The notes under the pieces: generated by a model | The model's database searches: none | What the model was told of the DNA's origin: nothing | Seen by the model: the letters and a program-made list of their open reading frames with translations, nothing else | From: the human T2T-CHM13v2.0 reference genome, Homo sapiens | Assembly (NCBI RefSeq): GCF_009914755.1 | Contig: NC_060925.1 | DNA length: 64,000 nucleotides | Strand: one strand, 5' to 3' | Program-made: the position numbers and the translations under genes | Shown: one piece after another, positions 46,261 to 59,039 of the stretch | Layout: each line of letters begins with the position of its first letter | Numbering within the stretch: the stretch's first letter is position 1

Positions 46261-46869
46261 GAGTGGCAATGAGAAGGCAGTCCCTAGAGTTTCTCTCTAA
46301 AAATCAGGGCCAGTAAGTGAAAAATAGGCTAACCCTGTTTCATATGGCCAGAAAGTCAGAGGGATGACTAACAGAAATTACAAAAAGAGCAAATTTTTGA
46401 CCAATAAATATGTCTAAATATGAAATGAATTACGTGAGGAGGTTCTAAGTCCTCAAAAACTTGAGGAGTTCAAGATAAGACATTTTACAAAAAATTCAAA
46501 ATGTTGAGTTTTAAATGCTGGGCAAGGGTAGATTATTTTATGGTCTTTTCCAACTTTGAGATTCCACAGATCTACTGAATTTTATTTCAGTTTGCTATTT
46601 GGAGCTGCTCCTTATGCTAGATGGTAAAAATGAAATATGCAGGATTAACTTACATCAGAGGATATGCCTATGCAACCAATGCTCTAGGAAAAATACACTT
46701 TCAAATTTTAACATCTTTTAGTAACTGATATACTCTATGTTAAATTGAGTACCCACATTTCACAACTCCCCATCAACAGTTTACAATATGCCTTAAGCTG
46801 TCACTGAGCTACAATTGTTATTATCATTCATATTAGCGACAAAACCAAAAACAACAGCAGCTATCACTG

Positions 46870-47510
46870 TCTTCCATTTGCCTGTACCATGCCAGACTAC
46901 GTCCATTATCTCCTGTGTTCATTATAACCTGCAAAGTAGGTTTTACTCCCATTTTAAAGATGAGGAAATAGGCTTAGAAAGATTAAGTAATTTGCCTGAA
47001 GTCACAAAACTGGTAAGTGGGAATAGGAATTTGAACCTTGGTTCAAATTGTCTGACTCCTATGTCCATGTTTTTTCTACCACACATCAGTACCTTAAAAA
47101 GCTTGAGGAAAGTTTTAAAGAATAATAAAAAATAACTATCATTTATCAAGTGCCAGGCACCTTTACCTGCATTATTTCATTTCATTCATTTCTTCAGCTC
47201 ACATTCATAGAATGCTTCACTTCAAAGAATGTCAGAAGATTTGACTTTTAGAGTAAAGTCTGAGTATAGCCGCTGAACAGAATGAAAATCATAATAATCC
47301 TCCAAAGTTGAAAAGTATTTGAGAGTTTTTAAGATGTTTTCACATCCATTAGCTCATGTAATCTTCTTTACAACCCTGTGAAGTAGGCAGAATGGGATTA
47401 TTATCCCCATTTTACAAATAAGAAAACTAAGGATCAGAGTCACAAAGTTACTAAGTGGCAGAACTGGCTCTCAAAAAGCCTAGGAGTTCTGACTCCTAGT
47501 CTAGTGTTCT
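46870..47510 (-). mobile_element. Two MIR remnants (about 46870-47070 and 47330-47510)
   Basis: cccattttaaagatgaggaaataggcttagaaagattaagtaatttgcc, and caaccctgtgaagtaggcag...tatccccattttac. Confidence 0.65.
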
Positions 47511-48316
47511 ACTACTTCATGTTATCTTCTGTGTCACTGGGCAATGGAAAGTAATATGTTGCAGGAAAGAAAGGCAAGAGGAGGCAAATAGACAATGATA
47601 ATAATAGAGCTAAATAAATATCAAGTTGTAACAAAATATATCAAAATACTTGAACAAAAATTGATACAGGTATCTGGATATCAAAATCTATGTAACATAT
47701 AAAAGGATTTTAAAGGATTCTAAAATGTTAAGACTGATGTTTATGCAGGAACTCTGATTGAGAAGTATTAGAACTAGTTTTATTACTCAAATCTTAGTCC
47801 TGAAATACACTAACCAGGGAGGAAAACCAAATGCAATTATTGGTCTGACTTCTTACTTGATAATATTTTAATATTTCAGTTTTTATTTGTCAATAAAGTT
47901 AGAAAATGTTTAGGTTTAGTTTCAGTTCAATTTATCTTACAAGTAATTTTTTTTGGGGAAAAATCCCACCAAACACTGATTTATGGATGGCAGGGGTTTG
48001 TTTTAGTTCTGGATTCAGTAAATTAAGATGGTATTTCCAGTTTGGTTCAGTTCCTGTTCTCCCCTATACCCCATGTAATTAACCACCTTCCCTCCCTTCT
48101 TGTTAGCTTGGTCTGTGGCCTACTGATAAGCAGGACTTGATGTGACAGCTGAGATGAAGTACATGGGATAATTAGGCAGACAAGAGCACAGGATTCACTG
48201 GTTTCTGAGACAGAGACACGTGGAATTCTTTTCCTCGTTGGTTAAAACTGGTTATAATCTAATCCCTGGTTTACCAATTCCCCTTATTTAACAGAAACAC
48301 AAGAAAAATAGCTTAC

Positions 48317-48340
48317 CTAGATCCAGGATGTCAGCAGCTT
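48317..48340 (-). CDS. SCMH1: SCMH1 24-nt microexon (phase 1 to 1): (E)AADILDL(G)
   Basis: Acceptor ATTTTTTTCTTTACTAG|AAG and strong donor CTAG|GTAAGC. In frame between exons 48806-48874 and 39059-39129. Confidence 0.88.
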   Translation of the reverse strand, partial: KLLTSWI

Positions 48341-48805
48341 CTAGTAAAGAAAAAAATGTTGGAGCATAAGTCATTAAGACAAACATACCAACATGATGGA
48401 AGGTGAAATTCTGGGGTAAAATAGGAAATCGAGTATTTGTCTAGTTCAGTTATCTCATCCTAAAAGACACTGAGATTCTTAGTAGTCATTGTGGAAGCAC
48501 ACCACCCAATTTTGCCTATTCCCAAGCCTAAACTTATACAAACTATAGAAAACCCAGAGAGGCTAAGCAACCGTGCCTAAAACTATGAAGCTAATTTGGG
48601 ATTACCTATACTCAGAATCTAGGTTTCCTATTTCCAGCTAAAACAAAGTATATTGCTTATGACCAATACCTCTGTAAACTGCAATATTTGCTTCTGATAT
48701 AACAATTGAGTTATTTGTAAACTCAGACCTCTAACAACGAAGGTTTTATGGGAAAAGATGCCGAGTAAAATTTTTCCACACCAAACGGAGTTTTTTCCCC
48801 CTTAC

Positions 48806-48874
48806 CTTGATATTGGGATGCAGACTCTGATAGGTGACCATATTTGTGTTTTCTAACATCACTCCAGTCTATCA
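48806..48874 (-). CDS. SCMH1: SCMH1 69-nt exon (phase 1 to 1): IDWSDVRKHKYGHLSESASQYQ; start codon lies in an exon beyond the window
   Basis: Acceptor TTTTTCTCTCCCTCTGCAG|TG and donor CAAG|GTAAGG, with an open frame. Matches my recollection of the MQPNVIDWSDVRKHKY... isoform. Confidence 0.9.
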
Positions 48875-49276
48875 CTGCAGAGGGAGAGAAAAATAGTCAT
48901 GTGGAAAGAAAGTATAAGATTAAATACTTTTCCAATTTGGCAGTATGTATTAACAGTTTTTAATAAAGTAATCCACTTCCGAGATTCTATGCTAAGGAAA
49001 AATACTCCAAAATACAAGAAAAAGGTTTTATGTAAAAAGCCTTGGCATTGTTTACAATAACAAAAAAAGGAACACCTAAATGTTCAAAATAGAAGACTGA
49101 TTAAGATTTGATAATACAAACACTTGACAAAGTATTTTGAAGCTGTTAAATTTTTAAAAGGCTAAAGAACAAATGGGAAAATGGTTATGTTATGTTATTA
49201 GGTAAAATATGGGGATAAAAATTATATTCATGGAATGATCACAATTATTTAAAACACTAAAAACAAACAGCACCCC

Positions 49277-51250
49277 AGTTATGGGCTCAACTGTATCCTC
49301 CAAAACTTCATGCTAAGGTCCCCACTCCGCAGTACCGCAGAATGTAACTGTATTTGTGATGGCAGCGGTGGGCCATCTGGAGCAGCTGCTGTCATCATGC
49401 CGGCTGCAGCAGGGAGGCACAGCTGGGAATGCATGCTCCATGGAGCCGGTGGGAGCCTGGGAGCAGGCAGGAGTCCCGCCATCCTGGGTGCAGCTGCAGC
49501 CACCCAAACCGAGGCTGCAAACCCAGACCTCCTGCTCCATGGAACAGGCAGGAGCCCTGCCGTGACGGGCACAGCTGCAGCCACCCAAATGTGGCTGCAG
49601 ACCCAGGTACCCCTGCACTCTTGGGGGTCCAGCCAGGACCCCTCTTCCCTCCCAGGATCAGAAATGCCTGCTCCCCCTGCCTGGCTTCTCCCTGCTGTTG
49701 GCACCTGTTCTGATCTTGGAGCAAAGTCAGGGTGGAGTCTGGATGCTATGAATGGCAGCAGGAGGCAGATAGGTTCCTAAGCAGAAAAGGGCGGATCCCT
49801 GGTGAGGCCCACCTTCAGGCCAGGGAGAGCCTGAAGGCTGGGGGCTGAACTGCCAGTCCTGCAGACTGGAGTGGGGACTTGTGGTGCCTTTTCCAGGCCT
49901 GCCTATGGCCACCCATAGACCAATGGGCACACACTTCCTCCCCTCTGAGGTCCATAAAAGCCCCAGGATCAGCCCCAGAGCAGAGCAGAGGACGAAGATA
50001 TGACTGAACAATCTGCCTGCAGAAAGAAGCCACCCATTCTAGGGCCTCCTCTTTGCTGAGAGCTGCAGAGATGACGTGACAACCTGCTTGCAGAGAGGAG
50101 CCACCCACTCTAGGGCCTCCTCTCTGCCTCTGCAGAGAACTGCAGAAGATGGGATGACCAGCTGCAGAGGAGCCACCCTCTCTGCTGAGAAGTGAGTGAA
50201 CACTTGTTGGGAAAACCTACCTGCAGAGAGGAGCTATCCTTCCTGCTAGGGGCTGAACACTCACTGGGACGCCCTGGCACTGTGAGTCTTCTCTGAGCTG
50301 TTCCATTGCTCAATACAGCACCTCTTCATCTTGCTCACCCTCCACTTGTCTGCGTACCTCATTCTTCCTGGTTGCAGGACAAGAACTCGGGATCTGCTGA
50401 ACGGCGTGGCTAAAAGAGTTGCTGTAACACCAAAAGGGCTGAAATATGCCCCCTGCTTGCTGCAGTTTGGGCAAAGAGAAGGAGGGAAGAGCTGCAGCCG
50501 TTTGGGGGGCCCAGACCTGGGAGCTTCCGGAGTCAGGGCTGTGACTCCCTCTTTCCGGCCCTGTGGTTCCTCCAAGCTTTTGGGCACTACTGCATTCTTT
50601 GGTGCCAGCCAGGGAAGCTGCTTGTGGTGTGCCTGGTCCAGCTGCAGCCTCACAGAGAGCTGGCATCCATGCTGGCACCTGGAGCTGCCCACCTTGCGGC
50701 AGGAGCTGGTGTGTCTGACTGCGCAGTAGATGGGCCCCAAGCTCGTTCATACACACTCCTCACCACTCCATGCCTAACTCCAGTCTCTCTTGGAGGCGTG
50801 AGATCCAGGCTGATAGCATGAGCAGCCTGCCAGGCCAAGTGAGTGGAACGAGCCCAGTGGGCCCAAGCAAAACTCAGGCAAAGGCACCACTGGCCACAGG
50901 TTTCCGGCCAGAAAAGCAACACCCCTAGGATCCCACAATATTTGGAGAAAGGGTCTTCAAAGAGATAATTAAGTTAAAATGAGGTCACTAAGGTGGTCGC
51001 TAATTCAGCATGACTGGTGTTATCATAAGAAGAGAAGGTTTGGACACAGGTACAGAGAAAATATCATGTAATCAACAGAGGGAGAAGCCTCAGAAGCTAA
51101 GGAGTGAGGCCTCAGAAGAAAGAAATCAACCTTGCCAATCAATGCCTTGATCTTAGACTTCTAGCCTTCAGAATTGTGAGGAAATAAATTTCTGTTGTTT
51201 AAGCCACCTAGTCCATGATATTTGTTACAGCAGCCCTGGAAACTTAGACA
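49277..51250 (+). mobile_element. MLT1B-like MaLR LTR split into 49277-49356 and 50941-51250
   Basis: The two halves rejoin as gaatgtaactgtatttg|gagaaagggtcttcaaagagataattaagttaaaatgaggtca, which is contiguous MLT1B/C consensus. Confidence 0.82.
49357..50940 (+). mobile_element. MER52-family ERV1 solo LTR (about 1.6 kb, GC-rich, internal tandem repeats)
   Basis: Starts TGATGGCAGCGGTGGGCCATCTGGAGC and ends ggtttccggccagaaaagcaacacccctaggatcccacaata. 4-bp TSD TTTG; repeated ctgcagagaggagc(c/t)a units at about 50015-50240. Confidence 0.85.
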
Positions 51251-52177
51251 ACTGCGGAAATTATCATTAGAAAAAAACATATAAGTAAACACAGCAAATA
51301 TAAACAACTGGTTATCTTTGGGTGGTAGTACTGGGTTCCCTGACACTGCACCCACTTTCTACTTTATAATCTTATATATTTTCAAATTTTCCATAAAAAG
51401 GATACATTACTCATATAAGGAGAATATATTTTCCTTGGTTGAAAATTTAGATTCATCTACTGACTCTACTACTTTCTCACCATCAATCACCTATCATGTC
51501 TTTACTTAATTTCTTGCCCAGCTCAGACTCCATGGTCCCTCATTAACATCATTCTCTGGCAAACACTCTTAATTCCTCCTTCCCATCTCTTTTTTGTCAA
51601 ACGTACCTACTAAAGGCTCAATCCTAAATCTGGTTAAATCACGTATCAACCTATACTGTGCCTACCCCAGCAGCTCACTAGTGCTGAAGAAAAACATATG
51701 CAAGCTAATTGGTCTCATTTTAAACTCATAGCTATAATTCTCAAATGCCACTTTACACCACCCAGAAATCATACCACATTTCTACACTATGTTTACTTTT
51801 CCAATTTCTAAAAAAAAAAATTCGTATCTTTCTCTCTCTCCTCAAACTCCAAATATACTCTCCCCAACTTCACTCTTAGGGGATGACTTTAATTCAGGAT
51901 TCATTGAGAAAACAGAAATAAGGGTAAGACCCTTCCACTTATTTCACGACGGTAGAGACTTGATCTTGTTTAGTGGTGAATCCCCAGTAAGTAGTATAGT
52001 AACAGGCGCTCATTAAATGTCTGGTGAATAAATTACCTATTCATTCATGATTTTTTCTGACTTCTCTCCTGTTACTGTGGATGAAGTGTCTCTGTTTTTA
52101 TCAAAAGCCAACCCTCCATTTTAGCTGCAGGTCCCAGAGTCTCTCATCCTCTCAAAAACCTTGCAAGTATCCCCTTT

Positions 52178-55100
52178 ATTTTTTTTGCTTTTATTTGTAA
52201 TTGGCCAACAATAATTTTACATATTTATGGGGTATAAAGTGATGTTTCAATATACGTACACATTGTGGAATGATCACACCAGAGTATAGCAATTAGTATA
52301 TCCATTACTTTAAATATTTATAATTTCTTTGTGGTGAGAACATTTAAAGTTCTCTCTTTAGCTATTTCGAAATACATAATACATTATTATTAACTACAGT
52401 CAACATGCTCTGCAATAGAACACCAGAACTACTCCTCCTATCTAACTATAAGTTTCTACCTGTTGACCAATGTATCCCTTTTTTCTATACTCACCCCTCC
52501 CCTCCCAGCCTCTGGTTATCACCATTCTACTCTCTACTTCTCTATAAGTTAGACTTTGTTTAGATTCTACATGTGAGATTATATGATATTTGTCGTTCTG
52601 TAACTGACTTCAACATTACATCCTCTAGGTTCATCCACGTTGTCAAAAATGACAGAATTTCCTCTTTTTTAAGGCAGAATGTATTCCATTGTGTATATAT
52701 ACCACATTTTTAAATCCATTCATATATTGATGGACACTTAAGTTATTCCCATATCTTGGCTACTGTGAATAGTGCTGCAATGAATACGGGCATGCAGATG
52801 AAGCTACCCTTCAACATACTGATTTCATTTCCTTTGGGGATATAGCCAGTAGTGGGATTGATGCATCATATGGTAATTCTATTTTCAGTATTTTGAGGAA
52901 CCTCCATCCTGTTTTTCAAAATGGCTGTACTAATTTGTGATATCCGTAACAGTGTATAAAGGTTCCTTTTTCTTGTAATCCTTGCCAACATTTATCTTTC
53001 ATCTTTTTGATAAGAGCCAACCTAAAAGGTGTTGGCTATAGGGTATCTCACTGTGGTTTTCATTTGCATTTCTCTGATGATTAGAGATGTTGGACTTTTT
53101 TCATATATCTGTGGCCCATTTATATGTTTTCTTTTGAAAAATGTCTATTCAAGTCCTTTGCTTATTTTTAACAGGGCTGTTTTCTTGTTGCTGAGTAGTT
53201 TGAGTTCCTAGTATATTTCGGATATTAGTCCCTTCTCCAGTGTATCATTTGCAAATATTTTCTCCCAATCTGTGTGTTGTCTCTTTCCTTCATTGTTTCC
53301 TTTTCTATGCAGTAGCTTTTCACTTTAATGCAATTCCATTTGTCTATTTTTGCTTTTATTGCTTATGCTTTTGGGTTCATATCAAAGAAATCTCTGTCCA
53401 GACCTCTAGCAGTTTTATAGTTTCAGTTTCATAGTTTCAAGTCTTTATTCCATTTTGAGTTGATTCTCATATGAGGGGTGAAATAAAGATCCACTTTCAT
53501 TCTTCTATATGTGGATATCCAGTTTTCCCAATACCACCTTTTGAACAGATTGTCCTTTCCTCAATGTGTGTTCCTGTCAAAAAGCAATTGACTGTAGATG
53601 CATGGGTTTATTTCTGGGCTCTCTGTCCTATTTCATTGGTAGACTTGTCTGTTTTTATGCCAGCATCATGCTTTTTTGATTGCTATAGCTTTGTAATAAA
53701 TTTTGCAATACAGTAGTGTGATGTCTCCAGCTTTGCTCTTTTTGGTCAAGATTGTTTGGCTATTTGGGATCCTTTGTGTCTCCCCCACATTAATTTTAGC
53801 ATTGTTTTTTCTACTTCTGTGAAGAATGACATTAGAATTTTGATGGCAGTTGCATTAGATCTGTAGATTTCTTCTGGTGGTATAAATATTTTCACAATAT
53901 TAATTCTTTCCATCCATAAACACTGGGTATCTTTCCACTTATTTGTGATGTCCTTAATTTCCTTCATCAGTGTCTTACAGTTCTCAGTGTATAGATCTTT
54001 CACTTCCTTGGTTAAATTTTCTTCTAAGTATTTTACTTAGAAGTAAGTGGTATTGTAAATGGGATTGTTTTCTTAATTTCTTTTTCAGAAAGTTCACTGT
54101 TAGTGTATAGAAATGTACTGACTTTTGTAAGTTGATTTTGTATCCTGCAACTTTCCTGGATTTGTCTAATTCAAATGGTGTTTTGGTACAGTCTTTGAGA
54201 TTTTCAATATGTAAGATCATGTTGTCAGCAAACAGAGACAATTTCATTTCACTCTTTCCTATTTGGATGTCTTTTATTTCTTTTTCTTGCCTAATTGCTC
54301 GGGCTAGGACTTCTGGTACTATGTTGAACAGAAGTGGTAAGAGCGGGCATCCTTGTCTTGTTCTAGGTCTTATAGGAAAAGCCTTCAACTTCTTACCACT
54401 GAGTACAATGTTAGCTATGAGCTTGTCATATATGGCCTTTATTGTGTTGAGGAACATTCCTTCCATATCTAATATATTGAGAGTTTTCATCATGAAAGGA
54501 TGTTGAATTTTGTCAAATGCATTTTCTCCATCTATTTAGATGATCATGTGATTTTTGTCCTTTATTCTGTTACATGGTGACTCACATTTATTCATTTCCA
54601 TCACATCCCAAGGGCAAATCCCACTTAATCATGGTGAATGATCCTTTTAATATACTACGGAATATGGTTTCTTAGTATTTTGTTGAAGATTTTTGCATCC
54701 ATGTTCATCAGTGAGATTGGTCTGCAGTCTTCTTTTTCTTCTTACCATTCAGATGAAGGGAGATGTAGTCTTCTTCTCTTGTTGTATCTTTGTCTGGCTT
54801 TGGTATCAAGGTACTGCTGGCCTCATAAAATAAATTTTGAAGAATTCCCTCCTCTTCAACTTTCTGGAAGAGTTTGAAAAGGACTGGTATTGGTTCTTCT
54901 TTAAGTGTCTGGTACAATTTGGCTATGATGCCATTAGGTCCTAGGCTTTATTTTGATTGGAGACTTTTAATTACTGATTGAATCTCATTACTCATAACTG
55001 GACTATTCAGATTTCCAACTGCTTTGTGATTCAGTCTTGGTAAGCTACATATTTCTAGCAATGTATTCATTTCTTCTGGTTGTCCAATTTGTTGGCTTAT

Positions 55101-57996
55101 AACTGTTCATAGTAGTCTTTCATGATCCTTTGTATTTCTATGTTGTCAGTTGTAATATCTCCTCTTTCAGTGAGTTTTATACTTTCATGTTTTCACGTTG
55201 CTGATTAACGTTCTCTTCCGAATTCCCTTTAGCATTTCTTGTAAGGCTGGTCTAGTGGGGATAAATTCTGTTTTTATTTGAGAAAGTCTTGATCATCCCT
55301 TTGTTTTTTGAAAGACAGGATTGCTGGGTATAGTATGCTTTGCTGGCAGTGTTTTTTTTTTTTTTTTTTTTCCTTTCAGGGTTTTGAATGTATCATCCTA
55401 CTCTCTTCTGATCTGTAAGGTTTCTGCTGTGAAATCCACTGCTGGCCTTAGGGTGGTTCCCTTACATATGACAATTCACTTTTCCCTTGCTGTTTTCAAC
55501 TCTCTCTAACTTAGAATTTGATTATAACTTGCTTTGGTGTGGATCTTTTCGGGTTCATCTTATTTGGTGTTCTTTGGGCTTCCTGGATTTGGCTTTCTAT
55601 CTCCTTCCCCAGGCTTGGGAAGTTTTCTGACATAAGGCTTGGGAAGTTTTCTGACATAATTTCTTTGAATATATTTTATTTCTTCTTTTTCTGACATATC
55701 AATAATGCATTTGTTGTCCACTTGATGGTGTCCCACAGGTCTCATAAACTATCTTTAAACTATCCTTTTCATTCTTTTTTCTTTTTGCTCAGATTGGATT
55801 TTTTTCAGTGACCTGTCTTTGATTTCATCGATCCTTTCTTCTGCTTCATTGAATCTGCTGTTGAATACCTCCATTGAATTTTTTTAGTTCAGTTACAGTA
55901 TTTTTCACATCTTTGATGTCTATTTGGTACTATTTTATACTTTCTATCTCTTTGTCAAAGTTCTTAGTTTGTTATTTCATTGTTCTTTTGACTTCAGTGA
56001 ACATCTTTATAACCATTATCTTAGATTCTCTGTCAGGTAAATCACATATCTCTATTTCACTTGTGGAGATTTGTCTTTTTTTTTTTTTTTTTTTGGGAAT
56101 AGATTCTCTGTTCTTTGATTTTTGTGTTAGCTTCTATGCATTACATAAGAATATAACCTCTCCCAGACTTGTCAGACTGGCCTCATGTAGGAGAAGGATC
56201 TCACCAATCCATCCAGCCAAAAATTTTAAGGTGCTCTCTAATCTCTGTGTTTATTCAGACTGCTGTCTCTTTTTTGATGGTCCCCTCGAGCTTAGGATGT
56301 ACCACATTCCATCAATACCCCCACAATACCGTAGAGTAGGAGCCAGAATCTCTAGATGTAGCTGGAGATGTTGAGGTGCTGAATGGGTTTTCCATTTCCT
56401 TCTATCTTCACAGCTGAGCCTGAGCATTTATGTCCCACTCTCTGTCTGCTCTAAGCTAAGGAGAAGATCTGTGGCAAAAACCTGTACTCAAATTCAGGTT
56501 GCACCCTCTGATCCTGAGGAGAAGCTCGTAGAAGTGGTCCTACTGTACGTCCACCTTTTTGTTTGCTGTGGTCTAAGGCTACTCATGAATGCAAAGCTCC
56601 ACTGACTCCCAAAGCTTGTCCCTTGGGTGGAAGTTATAGAAGTTGTGGCACTTGAGACATGACGAAACTCCTTCCAGGAAGAATGAGTAGCCTTGGATTT
56701 ATCACTGAGATTAGCTAGAGGGCTACTGTTTGTTTTCCCATCAGCTCCCGAATGTAAGTTCATTAGAAGCCAGGCTGCCAAGTAGCTGCTGGAAGTGTGT
56801 GCTATAAGCCCCTTCTGGAGAACAAATGGGACCTACATGTTCCTACTTCCTTTCTGCACTGCTCACTGCTCAGAGGAGGTATAACCTCTGAAGGTATTTG
56901 TATACCTATTTAAAGCCACCCCCATTGTTCTGTGATCTAGAAAAACTCATCTATGCCTAGTCCCCTTGGCTCCCAGAGCTAAGATGTTTAGGATATAATC
57001 CTTTGGGAGACAGCTGTAAAAGTTGGGACACTCGTTGTGTGGACATACGCCTATCAGGGTGGTGTCAGGTTAATATTTGTCTACCCCTTTAATTCCTCAA
57101 TGCAAGTTAGTTGGAAGCCAGGCTGGCAAGTAGTCACCAGAAGAGTATGTCATAAATCCCTTCTGGGGAAAAACAGGGGGCTACATTTTAAGCCCCTTCT
57201 CTGCACTTCTCCTGGGGAATAAAGTCCAGCGATGTGCTTCTGCACCCGTATAAATCTGCTGCTTTTTTCCTGCAGAGGTCTAGAGATCTGCATAGGCCAA
57301 TCCCTTCTTCTCCCAGAGCTGAGAGTTTTAGGATGTAGACCCTCGGTGGAAGCTGTGAAAGCTGAGGGACTCAATGTGTGGACAAACTCTTCCCAGGCTG
57401 GTGGCAGGTTAATATTTGACTGCCCCTAAACTCCCCCAATGTAAGTTAGTTAGAAGCCAAACAAACAAGAAGCTGCTGGAATAGTGTGTCATAAACTCCT
57501 TCTGGGGGCAAACAGGGAGCTTCATTTCTTAAGTCCCTTCTATGTATTGCTCCTGGGGGATGAAAGCTCTGAAGTGCTTAAATGCCCATATCTAACTGCG
57601 GCTTTTTTCCTGTGGTCTAGAAAGACTTGCGTATGTCTAATCCCCTCTGCTCCCAGAGTTGGTGAATTAAGAGCCAGACCATGAAGAATCTTAAGTTAGG
57701 ATGCTATATGTGGGGTTAAAACCCTCCTCTCCATGGGGAGAAGTTGGATGCTGGGGCTTCCCTTCCCAATTTTATGGCACAATGCCCAGGGTGGGGTCTG
57801 GCCCTAGCGTGCTTCAGTTTTTCCTACCCATTCGATGAGGATGTTTCCTCAGTTGCCCCATGGGTAGGAATCTTTCAACTAGTCTCTGACTTTCTCTGAG
57901 AGAGAACTGATCCATGAATAGATATTTATTTGGTGCATTCATGGGTGGAGGGAGAGTCAGGAGTTTCCTATTCTGCCACATTGCTGACCCTACTAT
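52178..57996 (-). mobile_element. L1MA-type element with both ends preserved but internally deleted
   Basis: 3' UTR and tail at about 52178; RT-like ORF 53984..54493 ([11 protein letters not shown]...[10 protein letters not shown]); ORF1 remnant at about 55200-55950. The 5' start reads GTCAGCAATGTGGCAGAATAGGAA on minus. 14-bp TSD CAAGTATCCCCTTT / CAAGTACCTCCTTT. Confidence 0.85.
56640..57700 (-). repeat. Three diverged tandem monomers (about 340-350 bp) in the L1 5' UTR
   Basis: caggttaatatttg at about 57066 and 57406; aatg(t/c)aagtt...gaagcca at about 56751, 57099 and 57438; tcccagag(c/t)t at about 56971, 57312 and 57652. Confidence 0.8.
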
Positions 57997-59039
57997 CAAG
58001 TACCTCCTTTCTAATAGGTCATTTGCCACCAGCATTCTTATTGCTCTATTATTTCCTATCAATGAAAACCTAAAATAAACAAAACCTCATATCCTTCTCT
58101 TAATCCCACACATATCCCTCCTATTATATCCCTCTATTTCTTTGCTCTCCTTCACAGGAAAATTTAAGAGTTATCTGCAGTTATTGCCTCCTCACTACTT
58201 CACAGTTATTGCTACCTCACAGTTATTGCCTCCTCACTACCCCATACTATCTCCTCATTCAAATAGGGTGTGTCTGCTCACCACACCATTAAGATTACTT
58301 CCAAATTCACATTTCCAGAACTGGATTCTTAGAATCCCACACACATTCACATAAACAACTACCTATAGGCCATCACTACATGGTTATCAATCAGATATTA
58401 AAAACTTAACATGACTAAAACAGAAGGCCATCCTCTGTCATCTTGTTACTTTTTGTCTTCCCCAACCCAGTAAATGGCACCTCCATCACTTATTTGCATA
58501 GAAATTATGCATAAGTTCAGCAGCATAGACTTCCACTTACCAAGGCCAATCTGGCGATGGCCACTGCTGAGTGCCCAATCTGCCAGTAGCAGAGATCAAC
58601 ATTGAGCCCCTGATATGGCACTATTTCCCAGGGTGATCAGCCAGCTACCCAGTGGCTGGTTGATTACAATGGACTGCTTCCTTCATGGAAGGGACAGCAT
58701 TTTGTCCAGCTGGAATAGACATTTACTCTGGATATTGATTTGCCTTCCCTGCATGCAATTCTACTGTCAAAACTACCAACTGCAGACTCACAAAATCCCT
58801 TATCCACCATTACAGACAGCACTGCTTCTGACCAAGAAGCCACACAAAGAAGTGTGGCAATAAGCTTATGCTCATGGAATTAATGATCTTAACATGCATC
58901 ATCCTGAAGCAGCTGGCTTGACAGAACTATGGAATGGCCTTGTGGTAAAACCCTGTCTACATTAAAAATTAAAAAAAAAAAAGATGCAGTTACAGTGCCA
59001 GCTAGGTGACAGTACTTTTACTGTCATCCAACAGCTGTA

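Larger units (their letters stand above)
51450..58490 (+). mobile_element. L2 LINE remnant split by the L1MA insertion (about 51450-52165 and 58010-58490)
   Basis: L2-like pyrimidine-rich segments on both sides of the L1 TSDs (tctcctgttactgtggatgaagtgtc...caaaagccaaccctcc; aaacttaacatgactaaaacagaa). Confidence 0.5.

Noticed and set aside
49279-50922. Dense cluster of 65-159 aa ORFs on both strands suggesting a novel GC-rich gene
   Set aside because: They fall almost entirely within the TSD-bounded MER52 LTR; high GC suppresses stops, and the peptides are repetitive with no domain.
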